In this document: positions 40,071 to 48,959 of the stretch, piece after piece
How the letters are laid out: every line of letters starts with the position of its first letter
How positions within the stretch are numbered: the stretch's first letter is position 1
Assembly (NCBI GenBank): GCA_017991475.1
Contig: JAGOQK010000001.1
Coordinates: 12,783-76,782 of the forward strand
Length of the DNA stretch: 64,000 nucleotides
DNA from: Minisyncoccota bacterium
GTDB lineage: Bacteria; Patescibacteriota; Minisyncoccia; Phycocordibacterales; PALSA-1337
Direction: 5' to 3'
Position numbers and translations under genes: made by a program
Notes under the pieces: generated by a model
Seen by the model: the letters and a program-made list of their open reading frames with translations, nothing else
Databases searched by the model: none
Told to the model about the DNA's origin: nothing

Positions 40071-40457
40071 CTACAATGCTGAGTAGACCCACGGTATCGC
40101 GATAGCCATGGTCATGAGAGCTGCTGCAGCCAGAGCCATGTTCTTCTCGAAGTTGATTCTCTCACCCATGCGCATCATAGGATCCTGAATCTTCCAGAAA
40201 TCATGCATCTTGAGTGACACTGGGACGAGGAATGCAATGATCGCCACTGCTCCCCAGACTGTCCAGACACCAAGAATCATCGACAAGCCACCGAAGGCGA
40301 GCAACATGCCTGAACCGACAATCGCGAGCTTAGGAGACTTAACTCCTTTGGACTGCGCGTACCCGACAAGGTGCGCTGACTTGAAGATGTGATTGTATGC
40401 ATTCTTGAGGAAGTATCCTCCGAAAATGATGCGACCGATAAGGAATGCTATTTCCAT
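40071..40457 (-). CDS. DoxX family membrane protein
   Basis: It has IIFGGYFLKNAYNHI and four TM helices. The start is taken at the internal MEIAFLIG to avoid overlap with the RT gene. Confidence 0.7.
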   Translation of the reverse strand: MEIAFLIGRIIFGGYFLKNAYNHIFKSAHLVGYAQSKGVKSPKLAIVGSGMLLAFGGLSMILGVWTVWGAVAIIAFLVPVSLKMHDFWKIQDPMMRMGERINFEKNMALAAAALMTMAIAIPWVYSAL

Positions 40458-40527
40458 AAATGTGTTCGTATATATGTTAAAACGACCCTTGGTAATGTGG
40501 GGTGAGTATAGCAAAAAATGCTGAATA

Positions 40528-41574
40528 TTACATACGATTGATTTTTTGTTCGATCTTGTACCCATCACAATGCGTCAACATGCCTAAATAGGAATTCAGC
40601 GTATGGTCAAATGTCTCTTGTGTTATCAAACCTCTATTCATTCTTGCCTTTGTGAACAGTATCTTTTTCATAATTCTCTTTTTAGTCTTGGTACGCAAAA
40701 CTGTCTGTTGTGGCAAGGTAACATACCCAAGAAAATCAATGCCTTGAGTACATTTTCGTATAACAATTTTATGGGGGTGCAGGAAAAGGTGCAATTTCTC
40801 CTGAAGAAACGAATCAACATCTCGAATATACTTTTCAAGTACACTAGTATCGGGGTCGAGAATGATAAAGTCATCACAGTACCGGAGATAGTATTTTGCT
40901 TTAAGGGTGTGCTTCACAAATTGATCCAACTCATTGAGGTACACATTAGCAAAAAGCTGACTCGTCACATTACCCAGAGGCAAACCGGCACCCTGCTTTA
41001 CTTCGAAGCTACCAAGAATCATCTGTATGATTGATAAAATATCTGGATCAGTAATTTTTCTTTTGATTATCGCAAAGAGAATTTCATGATCAATATTGTC
41101 AAAAAATTTCCTCACATCACACTTCAAGGCAAGTACAGGTTGAGTGTAATTATGACTCATTTTTCTGATATATCTTTGGAGCATTTTCACCCCTCGATGT
41201 GCACCTTTCCCATTCCTGCATGAATACGAATCAGGTATAAATCCTTTATCGAAAATCTGATACAATACCCGAAACAAAGCTTGATTGAACACACGATCAC
41301 GAATGCTTGCCTTGTGGATATGCCGTAATTTTGGATCACGGACATAAAATGCTACATAAGTATCAGGCTTCCAAACCTTTTGCTTCAATTCGATATGAAG
41401 CTTGAATATAGTATCTTCGAGGTTGAATGCAAACTCTTGTACTTCTATCTTACTCGTCTTCCCCCGCTTAAACTCTTTCCATGCCAAAAATAAGTTTTCT
41501 AACGAAATAACATGCTCAAACAAGCCTCCTTGAAAAGCCCCCCCCCACGCAATTTTGATGTACCTATTGTTCAT
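40528..41574 (-). CDS. DGR reverse transcriptase
   Basis: 348 aa. It has RT motifs including YCDDFIIL (YxDD) and GLPLGNVTSQLFANVYLNELD. The [IL]GxxxSQ motif replaces the QGxxxSP of group II introns and is the DGR-RT hallmark. It has no maturase or endonuclease domain. Confidence 0.85.
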   Translation of the reverse strand: MNNRYIKIAWGGAFQGGLFEHVISLENLFLAWKEFKRGKTSKIEVQEFAFNLEDTIFKLHIELKQKVWKPDTYVAFYVRDPKLRHIHKASIRDRVFNQALFRVLYQIFDKGFIPDSYSCRNGKGAHRGVKMLQRYIRKMSHNYTQPVLALKCDVRKFFDNIDHEILFAIIKRKITDPDILSIIQMILGSFEVKQGAGLPLGNVTSQLFANVYLNELDQFVKHTLKAKYYLRYCDDFIILDPDTSVLEKYIRDVDSFLQEKLHLFLHPHKIVIRKCTQGIDFLGYVTLPQQTVLRTKTKKRIMKKILFTKARMNRGLITQETFDHTLNSYLGMLTHCDGYKIEQKINRM

Positions 41575-41892
41575 AAGATCACTCGGTTTTATAAAGATGT
41601 ATACATACTAGGGAATAAAATATCGAAACGAGACAAATTCGGAATCTATCTCAAAGTTGAAAATGTCAGCATCGATCTCATCACAATATCCATTGACGCT
41701 GCCCTCAACCAAAAAGATAGAAAGAAGCCTTTACTCTACCAACTTCGCATCAGAATCGAAACCTTAAAACAACTCATCAGAGCAATGAATGAACTCAAAA
41801 TCATTGAGGATAGACCCTACATAGCTCTCGAGGCACAGCTTCAGGAAATCTCAAAGATGGCTACAGGATGGATCAAATACTTGGAAACATAA
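41512..41892 (+). CDS. avd: Avd-like accessory variability determinant (four-helix-bundle, PF05635-like)
   Basis: ...KFGIYLKVENVSIDLITISIDAAL...YIALEAQLQEISKMATGWIKYL matches the four-helix-bundle/23S-IVS protein pattern. It is encoded on the strand opposite to RT and TR, and its 5' end overlaps the RT start. The true start is uncertain (ATG 41512 or in-frame TTG 41530). Confidence 0.65.
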   Translation: MLKQASLKSPPPRNFDVPIVHKITRFYKDVYILGNKISKRDKFGIYLKVENVSIDLITISIDAALNQKDRKKPLLYQLRIRIETLKQLIRAMNELKIIEDRPYIALEAQLQEISKMATGWIKYLET

Positions 41893-41928
41893 AAGAGAAT
41901 CTCACGACCCCCTTTTACGACGATACTT

Positions 41929-42041
41929 CTGCACGAGCACGGAGGTTGGGATTGGAGTTCGACGAGTTGTTCCAGTTGACATAGACCTTGCGGTTGTCGG
42001 TATTCCAGTTCACGTTCGGGACGTTACCGTCCGAATAGCGC
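41929..42041 (-). repeat. DGR template repeat (TR)
   Basis: It is homologous to 42368-42480. In minus sense it is rich in AAC/AAT codons (RYSDGNVPNVNWNTDNRKVYVNWNNSSNSNPNLRARAEVSS). Weaker homology extends about 12 nt further 3'. Confidence 0.85.
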
Positions 42042-42291
42042 TCCTCTCATGTTCTATCCACATCCATCCGTATCACCAGAGATCTTCTGTAAAATCTCCT
42101 GAGTTATCTTGCGATCGCAAGCAGTGTACTGAGTTAGCGCCTCATGAGAGCACATACTCACCAGATCTGGATAGGCAGTTTCGTTTTTGAAAAACTGTGG
42201 CAAACCGATATCCACCTTTCGCCATTCAGCGAACTTGCAGACCAGTTGTAGTAGCCGAGAATATTATAGCAATAATCATCCATATAGAAAA

Positions 42292-42320
42292 TTCGGCACC
42301 CAGTCAAGCTGGATGCCGAA
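42292..42320 (-). other. hairpin immediately downstream of VR (candidate DGR homing/cruciform element)
   Basis: On the minus strand, TTCGGCATCC-AGCTTGACT-GGGTGCCGAA forms a 10-bp stem with one mismatch. It lies about 45 nt 3' of the VR end. Confidence 0.5.
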
Positions 42321-42356
42321 GTGAAGCGCAAGGGTACAAGATACAAGAACCAAGCA

Positions 42357-43037
42357 TTACGAAACCACTGCACGAGCACGGAGGAGGGGACCGGAGTCCG
42401 ACGAGTTGTCCCAGTCGACACAGACCTTGCGGTAGTCGGTACTCCAGCTCACGTGCGGGACGCTACCGTCCGAACAGCGCGAACCACTACAGAGCGTGAC
42501 ATTCTCGATATCGAGATGATTGCCTGTTGCCAGGAAATATCCGAGTTCGAGGAGGAGGCGCTCGAGAAGCGTGATGCCCTTGATCTTTTCCTCAGCCAAC
42601 ATGTCTGCCGACTTCTCGGCGAGCCCAGGATCCGCTTCGATGGTTTTCAGGAATTTCACCCGATAGTCACCATCCTTCACAGGATCACGATCGTTGGTCG
42701 GAACATCCTTGTCGAGGTCGTCCTTGTACAGATAGACATCGACACCGATATCTCGCAGGGCTTTCACTACCTTGTTCGGAGTGGCACCCTTGAAGACAGG
42801 CACGACCCAGTAGTTCGAATCATTCACATCTCCATTGTTGATGTTAACTTTCACATCAAGGAGCTCATACACTTTTTTCCAGTCAATCACGACATTTTCG
42901 AGACCAAAAGGATTGCGATGATCGAGGAATGCTTGGAGGTGAATCCCATTGAGACTTCCATCGCCGATTTGGCGGAATAAGTCACTAAGTTGGGGAGCCG
43001 ATACATTCGACCCCGCTACGACTATTTTAGTAGCCAT
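42357..43037 (-). CDS. DGR target (variable) protein
   Basis: 226 aa with the C-terminal 40 aa encoded by VR. It has no signal peptide. Confidence 0.75.
   Translation of the reverse strand: MATKIVVAGSNVSAPQLSDLFRQIGDGSLNGIHLQAFLDHRNPFGLENVVIDWKKVYELLDVKVNINNGDVNDSNYWVVPVFKGATPNKVVKALRDIGVDVYLYKDDLDKDVPTNDRDPVKDGDYRVKFLKTIEADPGLAEKSADMLAEEKIKGITLLERLLLELGYFLATGNHLDIENVTLCSGSRCSDGSVPHVSWSTDYRKVCVDWDNSSDSGPLLRARAVVS
42368..42480 (-). repeat. DGR variable repeat (VR) at the 3' end of the target gene
   Basis: It encodes ...RCSDGSVPHVSWSTDYRKVCVDWDNSSDSGPLLRARAVVS. It has 14 substitutions relative to TR, every one at a TR adenine. Confidence 0.85.
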
Positions 43038-43184
43038 GTTTGTTTACTTTCTTGTTCTATTTTGTTGTCGAATAGCACTGAATAAGGTGTATTACCCGAT
43101 TCTCTACTCTACTATCATTATATCATCTTTCGATACTAAAGTCAATACCACTGTAAGATGGCTCTGTTGAGGGTTCAATTTGAA

Positions 43185-43280
43185 GAAACCCTAAACACTA
43201 AGTCCTAAATTCTAAACAAATTCAAAACCCTAAACTCATATACTGGGTTTAGGGTTTAGAACTTAGAGTTTAGGGTTTAC
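43185..43280. repeat. imperfect inverted repeat built from telomere-like CCCTAAA/TTTAGGG heptamers
   Basis: gaaaccctaaacactaagtcctaaa...aaaccctaaactc opposes gggtttagggtttagaacttagagtttagggtttac. The right arm ends at the helicase stop codon. Confidence 0.7.
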
Positions 43281-44638
43281 TAGACGAACGTCAGTGCCTT
43301 ACCCTTCTTGCCCGCTCGTCCAGTACGACCGATGCGGTGAACATAGTCCTCATAAGTAGCAGGAATATCGAAGTTGATAACATGGGTGACACCAGAGATA
43401 TCGAGACCGCGTGCGGCAACATCGGTGGCCACGAGTACTTTGACCTGATGCTCCTTGAAAGCGCGAAGTGCGCGCATGCGCTGTCCCTGACTCTTGTTGC
43501 CATGAATAGCTTCTGCGCTGATCTTGCGCTTCACGAGATCCTCGGAGAGACGCTGAACACCGTGCTTGGTCTTACCGAAAATAATAACCTTGGTAAATCC
43601 AGGCTGGGTGAGGTGTTCAATGAGAACATCGAGCTTATTCTTGCCCGCTGGGACGCGGATGATATCCTGATCAACAGATGCGGCGGTATCAGCAGTCTTG
43701 ACTGAGATCCTGACTGGATCAATAAGGAACTGTCCGATGAGTGCTTCGATCTCTGGCGACATAGTTGCTGAGAAGAAGAGTGTCTGACGAACCTTGGGCA
43801 TACCAGCCATCATGAACTTGATGTCGGTGATAAATCCCATGTCGAGCATGCGATCAGCCTCATCGAGGACCACAGTAGCATACTCTTCGAGACGGATACG
43901 GCCACGATCGATAAGATCGCGGAGACGACCTGGGGTACCGATGACGAACTGATTCTGGCGTGAGAGACCCTTGAGCTGAGGCACAATACTTGCACCTCCG
44001 ACACAACACACAGACCAGATCGGAAGATTCTTGGTGAAGCCTTTGAGCTCCTCTTCGATTTGCTGAGCAAGCTCACGAGTAGGAACAACCACGAGGATTT
44101 TCTCCTTTGGATTCTTGAGAATCTTGTTGATGAGCGGAATGAGGAACGCTGCGGTCTTGCCAGTACCTGTATTGGCGATACCGACGAGATCGACGTTGCG
44201 GAGGACATGCGGAATAGCCTTGTCTTGAATAGGAGTCGGCGTGACATATCCCTTAGTAACAATATTGGCTTTGAGACGAGCCTCGATGTGGAAGTCGACG
44301 AAGGCATGATCAGGCACGAAGTTGTCGACGGTCTCTGTGATGACCGCCTTGTTCACGAACTTACTGACATCGATATATTTCGAGAATCGATCGCCCCTGT
44401 TGCCGCCGCGGTTGCCACCACGATGACCACCTCCACGATTGCCGCCGAAACGGCTTGGTCCGCGAGAACCTCCTCCGAAACGGCTCGAACCGCCTCGTGA
44501 AGCACCGTTCCCAAAACCTCTGTTGGTTGCCGGGTGCGATGAATGGCCTCCTGGACGTGATCCGTGAGATGAAGGCTTACTATGACTAAATGATCGGCTC
44601 GGGCCGTGGCCCGCGCCTCCTGAAGGTTTGTTATACAT
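43280..44638 (-). CDS. DEAD-box ATP-dependent RNA helicase with an N-terminal Gly/Arg-rich (RGG) extension
   Basis: It has a Q motif, Walker A (GTGKTAAF), DEAD, SAT and HRIGRTGRAG. The first 90 aa or so are RGG/GNRGG repeats. Confidence 0.95.
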   Translation of the reverse strand: MYNKPSGGAGHGPSRSFSHSKPSSHGSRPGGHSSHPATNRGFGNGASRGGSSRFGGGSRGPSRFGGNRGGGHRGGNRGGNRGDRFSKYIDVSKFVNKAVITETVDNFVPDHAFVDFHIEARLKANIVTKGYVTPTPIQDKAIPHVLRNVDLVGIANTGTGKTAAFLIPLINKILKNPKEKILVVVPTRELAQQIEEELKGFTKNLPIWSVCCVGGASIVPQLKGLSRQNQFVIGTPGRLRDLIDRGRIRLEEYATVVLDEADRMLDMGFITDIKFMMAGMPKVRQTLFFSATMSPEIEALIGQFLIDPVRISVKTADTAASVDQDIIRVPAGKNKLDVLIEHLTQPGFTKVIIFGKTKHGVQRLSEDLVKRKISAEAIHGNKSQGQRMRALRAFKEHQVKVLVATDVAARGLDISGVTHVINFDIPATYEDYVHRIGRTGRAGKKGKALTFV

Positions 44639-44890
44639 TATGATATATGCCCTGTGGGCTTAATCCCACCGATAGGCCTATATGTATTCGATACAGAGGC
44701 AAACAATGAGAGAGTTACTAGATATATACTATATACCATCCTTCGGAAAAAGTCAACTTTTCACATTGACAGCACGGGAGTGCGGTGGTAGCCTTGTTCT
44801 TGGATAGTCATTCTAAAGTCGTACCGGTACGCTCGTGGATGCGAGCATACCCTGGATATCAACTACAACATACGGTACCTTGCAAGTAAT

Positions 44891-45232
44891 ATGAAGAAAC
44901 ACACTGCCCCTCCTTCAATCCTCGGACCGATCATCCTGCCGTGCGATGCTCCTCGCGTCGCACGACCGATCAAGACTCCCCCCTGTCCCAAAAATATGCC
45001 GGCGGCATTCTGGCGGAAGGTCTGCAATTCGATCCAAGCCATGATCAAGGCGCGTTCGTTCCGAGATGTCATCTTCAATTTTACGCTGAGGATCGGCGCA
45101 AATATCAATCGGATCACCGGCGACATCATCGAAGTTGTCATCGATCAGTATCATCGGACGGCGTCGCACCTCATGTCCCAAACCCATCGGTTCAGGTTCG
45201 TCGTTTCTGAGGGAATCATCCAGCCCGCTTGA
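44891..45232 (+). CDS. hypothetical protein (ambiguous locus; an overlapping minus-strand ORF 44915..45427 is an alternative)
   Basis: 113-aa ORF followed 18 nt later by a terminator hairpin. No family recognised for either strand. Confidence 0.25.
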   Translation: MKKHTAPPSILGPIILPCDAPRVARPIKTPPCPKNMPAAFWRKVCNSIQAMIKARSFRDVIFNFTLRIGANINRITGDIIEVVIDQYHRTASHLMSQTHRFRFVVSEGIIQPA

Positions 45233-45249
45233 TCCATTCGACCCGTTTC

Positions 45250-45288
45250 CTTCACACCCACCCTCTCTCCGGAGATGGTGGGTTTTCT
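45250..45288 (+). terminator. intrinsic terminator, copy 1 of a 36-bp duplicated element
   Basis: ttcacacccaccctctctccggagatggtgggtttt is identical to 46785-46820. Confidence 0.55.
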
Positions 45289-45386
45289 TTCGCCCAGATT
45301 TGACGAAGTAATAAATAAATGCTAGTATACACAATGAATAACCACCATGACGGTGGCAGCAGTACATTGGAAAACTAAATAAACGC

Positions 45387-46760
45387 ATGAAAAAGAAACT
45401 GTTAGTAGTAGCGGGACTCGTCGCCATTGTGGCGATTTTTAGTCCGCAAAATATGGTCCAGGCGCAGGATGCGACTCAGGAGCAGAAAGACGCTGACGCG
45501 CTCAGAGTACAGCAGGCGGACTACCAAGCCCGCCTCTCTATCGCGCTGGCTCAGGAGGCGCTCAAGAAATTGACACCTGAACAGATCGAGAAACGAAAGG
45601 AAGCGATCAAGCGAGCGTTGGCGATGCCAAGGCCACCGCTTCCCACAAATTCTCCGTCGCTCAAGACGATTCGGCAACCGATGGTGGTGGATACGAAAAA
45701 AAGTACCACCCCCGGACTCACACAAAGTGAGCGGCTTCAGTTCCGAAACATGCTCATAACCGAAATCATGATGGGTGGTCTGGTAGGGACTCAGGAGTCC
45801 GCGGACTATATCAATCAATCGATTGCCATGCTCAATGCCGAGTCGGCTGAGCCTGAAACGATCATCGAGTCTGCATATGCGCTCGCTGCCATCGTTGGAT
45901 CAGGAGGTATCGAGGAACAAGGTTTGATGTCGGCGGCACGGACGGTGGACTATACGAGCAATCCGTATGTTCCGATTAACACATTTCCGTTCGAAGCAAC
46001 GAGCATTGCGCCGTGGTACACCTCTTCGAGTTCCCCCTTCCAACCATGGTCAACGGTACCTCGAACGCTTGTCTCGTCAAATGGGCCGGCAGCAAAATCA
46101 TACGTGTTTCCAACGAGTGTCAACGGAGCATCATATATCCGTGCCCTCATTAATAACCACTATGATCAAGTCGGCAAACCTGTCCGCCATATTCTGGCAT
46201 TCCACTATGTATTCACCAATGTCCACATCGAGCCAGTGACTGGCCTCAAAGATTTTGCATTCTTCGATGTAAACATGGGGACATTCAACGGATCAACCTA
46301 CCCGGTGATTAACCATGCAACCGATGGACTTGAACAAACATTTACTGGATATTCACGGCCCGTATATCTGATTAATGCAATGCCGAAGAAAGTTAACCCT
46401 GGCCAAATCGGAGTCCTGTACTATGAATTGCTTTTTCAGGTGACGAAGCAAAACCTTTCCGGTAGACCTTCGTATTCGAATCCTACAATGACCCTTGATC
46501 CGAGTGTTCAGTGGATTCCCTACTGGCTTTCGCCTATCAACGGTGATTTGATTAGCGAAAGAGTCGGCAACCAGATTTGGGTCCAATGGAACACCATCGC
46601 TTATCCAACCAACAGCTTCAAGCTTGCATTCACCACATCACTAGCAAACACAAACTGGAGTACTACAATCGGTGTACCGGTGACCTACACCAACGAGGTT
46701 GCCACGGCCAAGTTCTCACCAACAAATCCGATGCGGTTATACCGACTTCAAAATTACTAG
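45387..46760 (+). CDS. secreted hypothetical protein with a signal peptide
   Basis: 457 aa. It starts MKKKLLVVAGLVAIVAIFSPQNMVQAQ. It has its own sigma70-like promoter (TTGACG-17-TAGTAT at about 45300-45333) and terminator. Confidence 0.6.
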   Translation: MKKKLLVVAGLVAIVAIFSPQNMVQAQDATQEQKDADALRVQQADYQARLSIALAQEALKKLTPEQIEKRKEAIKRALAMPRPPLPTNSPSLKTIRQPMVVDTKKSTTPGLTQSERLQFRNMLITEIMMGGLVGTQESADYINQSIAMLNAESAEPETIIESAYALAAIVGSGGIEEQGLMSAARTVDYTSNPYVPINTFPFEATSIAPWYTSSSSPFQPWSTVPRTLVSSNGPAAKSYVFPTSVNGASYIRALINNHYDQVGKPVRHILAFHYVFTNVHIEPVTGLKDFAFFDVNMGTFNGSTYPVINHATDGLEQTFTGYSRPVYLINAMPKKVNPGQIGVLYYELLFQVTKQNLSGRPSYSNPTMTLDPSVQWIPYWLSPINGDLISERVGNQIWVQWNTIAYPTNSFKLAFTTSLANTNWSTTIGVPVTYTNEVATAKFSPTNPMRLYRLQNY

Positions 46761-46782
46761 GGCTGAAACCATATTCAGCTCC

Positions 46783-46822
46783 TTTCACACCCACCCTCTC
46801 TCCGGAGATGGTGGGTTTTTTA
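46783..46822 (+). terminator. intrinsic terminator, copy 2 of the 36-bp element
   Basis: tttcacacccaccctctctccggagatggtgggtttttt. Confidence 0.6.
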
Positions 46823-46842
46823 TTTACGCATATAAACCACTC

Positions 46843-48819
46843 TTAATACGCCTCACCCTCTTCACCCTTCTTCGCACCTTCCTTCTTGAAATACCCAAGG
46901 AGCACTCTCGCCAACTGAATATCACGGAATGAACTCATGCCTTTTATACGTGCCTTGACCGGCGAGAGGAGTGGGGGTTTATCGTCACTCTGCTTGTCGA
47001 AAACTTCCTTGAGTGCCTTCTCGATCTTCATGAAATGTGGACGCGCAATGCCATCCTTGAGGTATGCGATGTCTGAGAGTTCCAACCCTCCATTCTCCGC
47101 ACCCATCACCACCAACTTCTCAAGATGAGCGATGATTGTGTCAGGAACCATATCGCGCGCCTCTGCCACCTCTTTTAGAGATATGCCTTTCCTGATCAAT
47201 TCCGCGGTGCGCTCGAGCGTCGATATCTTCTGCGGCTTGATCATCCCATCCTTGCCGCGGCGGACCTGCTTGCCCATGCGGTGCATCGACGCGACTTTGG
47301 CCAAGAATTCATCATGTGCCTTCTTGATTTCCCCCACATCGGTATACTCAATAACACTCTCAGCTTTGTCTGATAATTTCCTGAGATGTGCGTCATGCTC
47401 GAGCACGTCGGGATGTACCTTGAGCGCGTGCTGATTCATGCCAAGAATGGAGAGGCCGGCAAGCGTGCGTACACGAGAAAGGGCGACATATCCCATGCCT
47501 GGCTCAAATGATTTTGACAGGTCAACCTCGACTGCATCGAGCGACATACCCTGACTCTTGTGCACGGTGATAGCCCAGGCGAGGCGGAGCGGATACTGTG
47601 AGATCTGTGCGATGATACGCCCGTCGTCCTCGATAGTCCAGTCGGCGAGCTTGATTGCAACCTCCCGGCCGTCGGGATAGTCAGGGGTTGCGGCGGTACG
47701 GATGACGGGATCGATACCCCAACCGCACGACACGATGACGCCGAGGGTGCCATTGACGTATCCTTCATCAAAATTGTTCTTGACGCACATGACTCGCGCA
47801 CCCTTCTTGAGGCGAAGCTTCTCAGGCGCGAGACATGACTTCTTGAGCGTTTCGACGAGCGGCTTCTTGCCCTTGGTGATCATCTCGTAGACGCACTCAG
47901 TCCCTGAAATTTTTCCGATCTCGCGTTCGTTGATAGTATCGACGTCGACGTTGTGGGTGTAGAGGCGCGTGGGTTCGGCAAAACCATTCGCTTCAGAAAC
48001 GAGAGATTCTTCACCCACGATAGGCGTTGCTCGCATAACAGAAGAGCTCGCAACGCCTTCTTTTCTCGCATCGCCGTCATCAGTATCATAGTCCGCAACC
48101 CAGCGATACTGCGAAGAGGGTTCAGATTCTCTGTTTCTTTCGCTAGATGGTTTTGTTCCGTTATTGCCACGTGCACCTATTTGATTTTTTGCAACAACAA
48201 ACCTACTCTTCAGAAGTTCGTAGGAATCCTCAGAGACCTCACCACTCCTGATCTCATTCAAGATAGTGACTGCTGCATCGGTACCCTGACGGTAATTCTC
48301 GGAGAGATAGCAGATAGCAAAGTTGCCCTGCTTCCATGAATCGGACTTATAAATAAAGTGTGCAGCGGGCTCGCCGAGGCGCGACACTGGAGGCAATTGA
48401 AAAAAGTCTCCGCAGAGCACAATTTGAATGCCACCAAACGGTGTATCAATCTTCTTGATGTGACGAAGTACTTGATCGACGAGATCGAGACGGAAATGGT
48501 GGAGCATGGAAACCTCATCGATAATAAGGACCTTGGCCTCTTCTATTTTGCGGCGTACTTGTGCACGCTCAGAAATTTCCTGGAGGTCGTGAATACCGAG
48601 ACTATCCTTGATACCAATACCCGACCAGGAATGAATAGTCACGCCACCCATGTGTGTCGCTGCGATACCAGTCGAGGCGGTGATGCCGATCGGGACGCCA
48701 TGCTCCTTGAGGTATTTTATATATGCATTGACCACGTACGTCTTGCCCGAGCCTGCAGGCCCAGTGATGAAGGCGTTCTTGCCCGTTTTGAGGATATCGA
48801 GTGCGTGGGATTGGGTCAT
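46843..48819 (-). CDS. ATP-dependent DNA helicase, Pif1/RecD-like (AAA_30) with a C-terminal helix-turn-helix domain
   Basis: It has Walker A GPAGSGKT, Walker B LIIDEVSM, and LCGDFFQLPPV. The C-terminal HTH_40-like region is ...ISLKEVAEARDMVPDTIIAHLEKL. Confidence 0.85.
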   Translation of the reverse strand: MTQSHALDILKTGKNAFITGPAGSGKTYVVNAYIKYLKEHGVPIGITASTGIAATHMGGVTIHSWSGIGIKDSLGIHDLQEISERAQVRRKIEEAKVLIIDEVSMLHHFRLDLVDQVLRHIKKIDTPFGGIQIVLCGDFFQLPPVSRLGEPAAHFIYKSDSWKQGNFAICYLSENYRQGTDAAVTILNEIRSGEVSEDSYELLKSRFVVAKNQIGARGNNGTKPSSERNRESEPSSQYRWVADYDTDDGDARKEGVASSSVMRATPIVGEESLVSEANGFAEPTRLYTHNVDVDTINEREIGKISGTECVYEMITKGKKPLVETLKKSCLAPEKLRLKKGARVMCVKNNFDEGYVNGTLGVIVSCGWGIDPVIRTAATPDYPDGREVAIKLADWTIEDDGRIIAQISQYPLRLAWAITVHKSQGMSLDAVEVDLSKSFEPGMGYVALSRVRTLAGLSILGMNQHALKVHPDVLEHDAHLRKLSDKAESVIEYTDVGEIKKAHDEFLAKVASMHRMGKQVRRGKDGMIKPQKISTLERTAELIRKGISLKEVAEARDMVPDTIIAHLEKLVVMGAENGGLELSDIAYLKDGIARPHFMKIEKALKEVFDKQSDDKPPLLSPVKARIKGMSSFRDIQLARVLLGYFKKEGAKKGEEGEAY

Positions 48820-48959
48820 GATGGGAAGTATACCAGAAAAGCGAATGGCGCCCGTATATACAGCTCAACGAAGCTGTTTTATGGCGCAAAAGCATGCTTG
48901 ACAGATGTATACATAGTATGCTATAATATACACAGAAGCAGTATGCCCTTTCAGGACAT

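Larger units (their letters stand above)
40528..43037 (-). mobile_element. diversity-generating retroelement (DGR) cassette: RT, Avd-like gene, TR, and target gene with VR
   Basis: See the component features below. TR and VR are 113 bp long with 14 mismatches, all at TR adenines on the minus strand. Confidence 0.85.

Noticed and set aside
42158-42980. ORFs on the plus strand (42321..42980) and in the TR-VR spacer (42158..42421)
   Set aside because: They overlap the DGR target gene or VR on the wrong strand or frame. The spacer is better explained as cis-acting DGR sequence.
44915-45427. 170-aa minus-strand ORF
   Set aside because: Its N-terminal third overlaps a plus-strand terminator and promoter. 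Only the C-terminal part could be coding. It is kept as an alternative to the equally weak plus ORF 44891..45232.
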